Below are positions 63,167-64,000 of a stretch of DNA of 64,000 nucleotides, one piece after another. The stretch is from positions 310,001 to 374,000 of the forward strand of contig MU004183.1 in the NCBI GenBank assembly GCA_010093605.1, in the 5' to 3' direction. A program made the position numbers and the translations under genes. The notes beneath the pieces were generated by a model. It made no database searches, was not told the origin of the DNA, and saw nothing but the letters and a program-made list of their open reading frames with translations. This DNA is from Lophium mytilinum (lineage: Eukaryota). Every line of letters begins with the position of its first letter. Within the stretch, counting starts at the first letter, position 1.

Positions 63167-64000
63167 GTGCTGTGAGTGCCAAGCAATGCTAAGAAGTGCG
63201 CCGGCTGAACAAGACATAGTATAAGTCCATTCGAAGCAAATCGAACGAATTGAAGGCGTCAGCGATAGGTTTTCATTTGATTGCGGTGGGCTTTCCTAGA
63301 TAACCATCTTAGTCTTCGCGTTGCGCAGCGTTCTTGCACAAGCTGTAGATATGTAAACTACTCATCAATTAATCTTGGCGTTCCGACTGGATGGAGTTAC
63401 GCATGTTGCACGTTGATTTTCTCAGGGTCTGCCCAAACCTTCCTAATGAGATCGAGCATGGGCCGCGGGTGGCGGAAGGAGTTTGGGGTTAGAAACCCCA
63501 CACGGAATTTGCGGAGAACCCCCGGAAAGCCGTGAAAGAAAATGCAACCTGCGCTGCATTCGAGAAGCAGATCTTCATCGAGTCTCGAAGGATTGTAGCC
63601 CCGCAGAGCCCCTTGTCCTGGTGGTGCATCGTTGCATGGACTCCTCTCCTGGGGCTAGGGTATGCACCGTATAGCGGCGAGGTGGACTCGCTCGACGCCT
63701 GACAGTGATGTTCGTGACGCGGGTTATCGCGCGACGTAGTAACAAGCACATGCCGAATGAACGAATGAAAGATCGATGACTCTGCTCCTATGTAGTGATG
63801 AAAGGGTTGAGGTGGCAGAGACTTCGTGGAGGTTGGAGGTGGAAGAAAGGTACGTTACTAAGCAGCCTAACCTGGATAGTGCCATCGTCAATCTATCATG
63901 TCTCATCATCAGTAAACATAATGCTTGCCGCCCTTTGAATGGGTCGTGCAGACCCGAATTTAGGCAGAAACGAGCACGACTTAAAGCTGTGTCATCACTT

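Overview
Eukaryotic DNA from a filamentous ascomycete, judged from short GT-AG introns with CTRAC/CTAAT branch sites and the gene content. The left two thirds are mostly housekeeping genes: NOP9 (partial), a RINT-1/TIP20 protein, SEC11, an intron-containing tRNA-Gly(CCC), NHP6, a GH47 mannosidase, CCT6 head-to-head with NOP56, HPC2, KES1/OSH4 and an ELYS-like nucleoporin. Two CYP65-like P450s, an SDR and two orphan genes are interspersed. From about 42 kb the window is an accessory/metabolic block: an internally deleted TRI12-like MFS pseudogene, a Cys-rich single-pass membrane protein, a carboxylesterase, a membrane-anchored linalool dehydratase/isomerase (LDI)-family protein, a frameshifted egghead-like GT2, a family III CoA-transferase, an atypical minimal P1B Cu-ATPase and a divergent esterase/Baeyer-Villiger monooxygenase pair. 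The most unusual non-coding element is a ~1.5 kb composite tandem array at 10.5-12.0 kb, in which ~180 bp and 120 bp units share a palindromic core and a B-box-like motif. Also seen: two GC-AG introns, a likely alternative C-terminal exon for HPC2, twin EKRQLD (Kex2-like) motifs in the GH47 enzyme, and a C-rich to G-rich flip along several genes. Gene models were built by hand, so exon boundaries may be off by a few bases. Family assignments come from recalled motifs, not from database searches.
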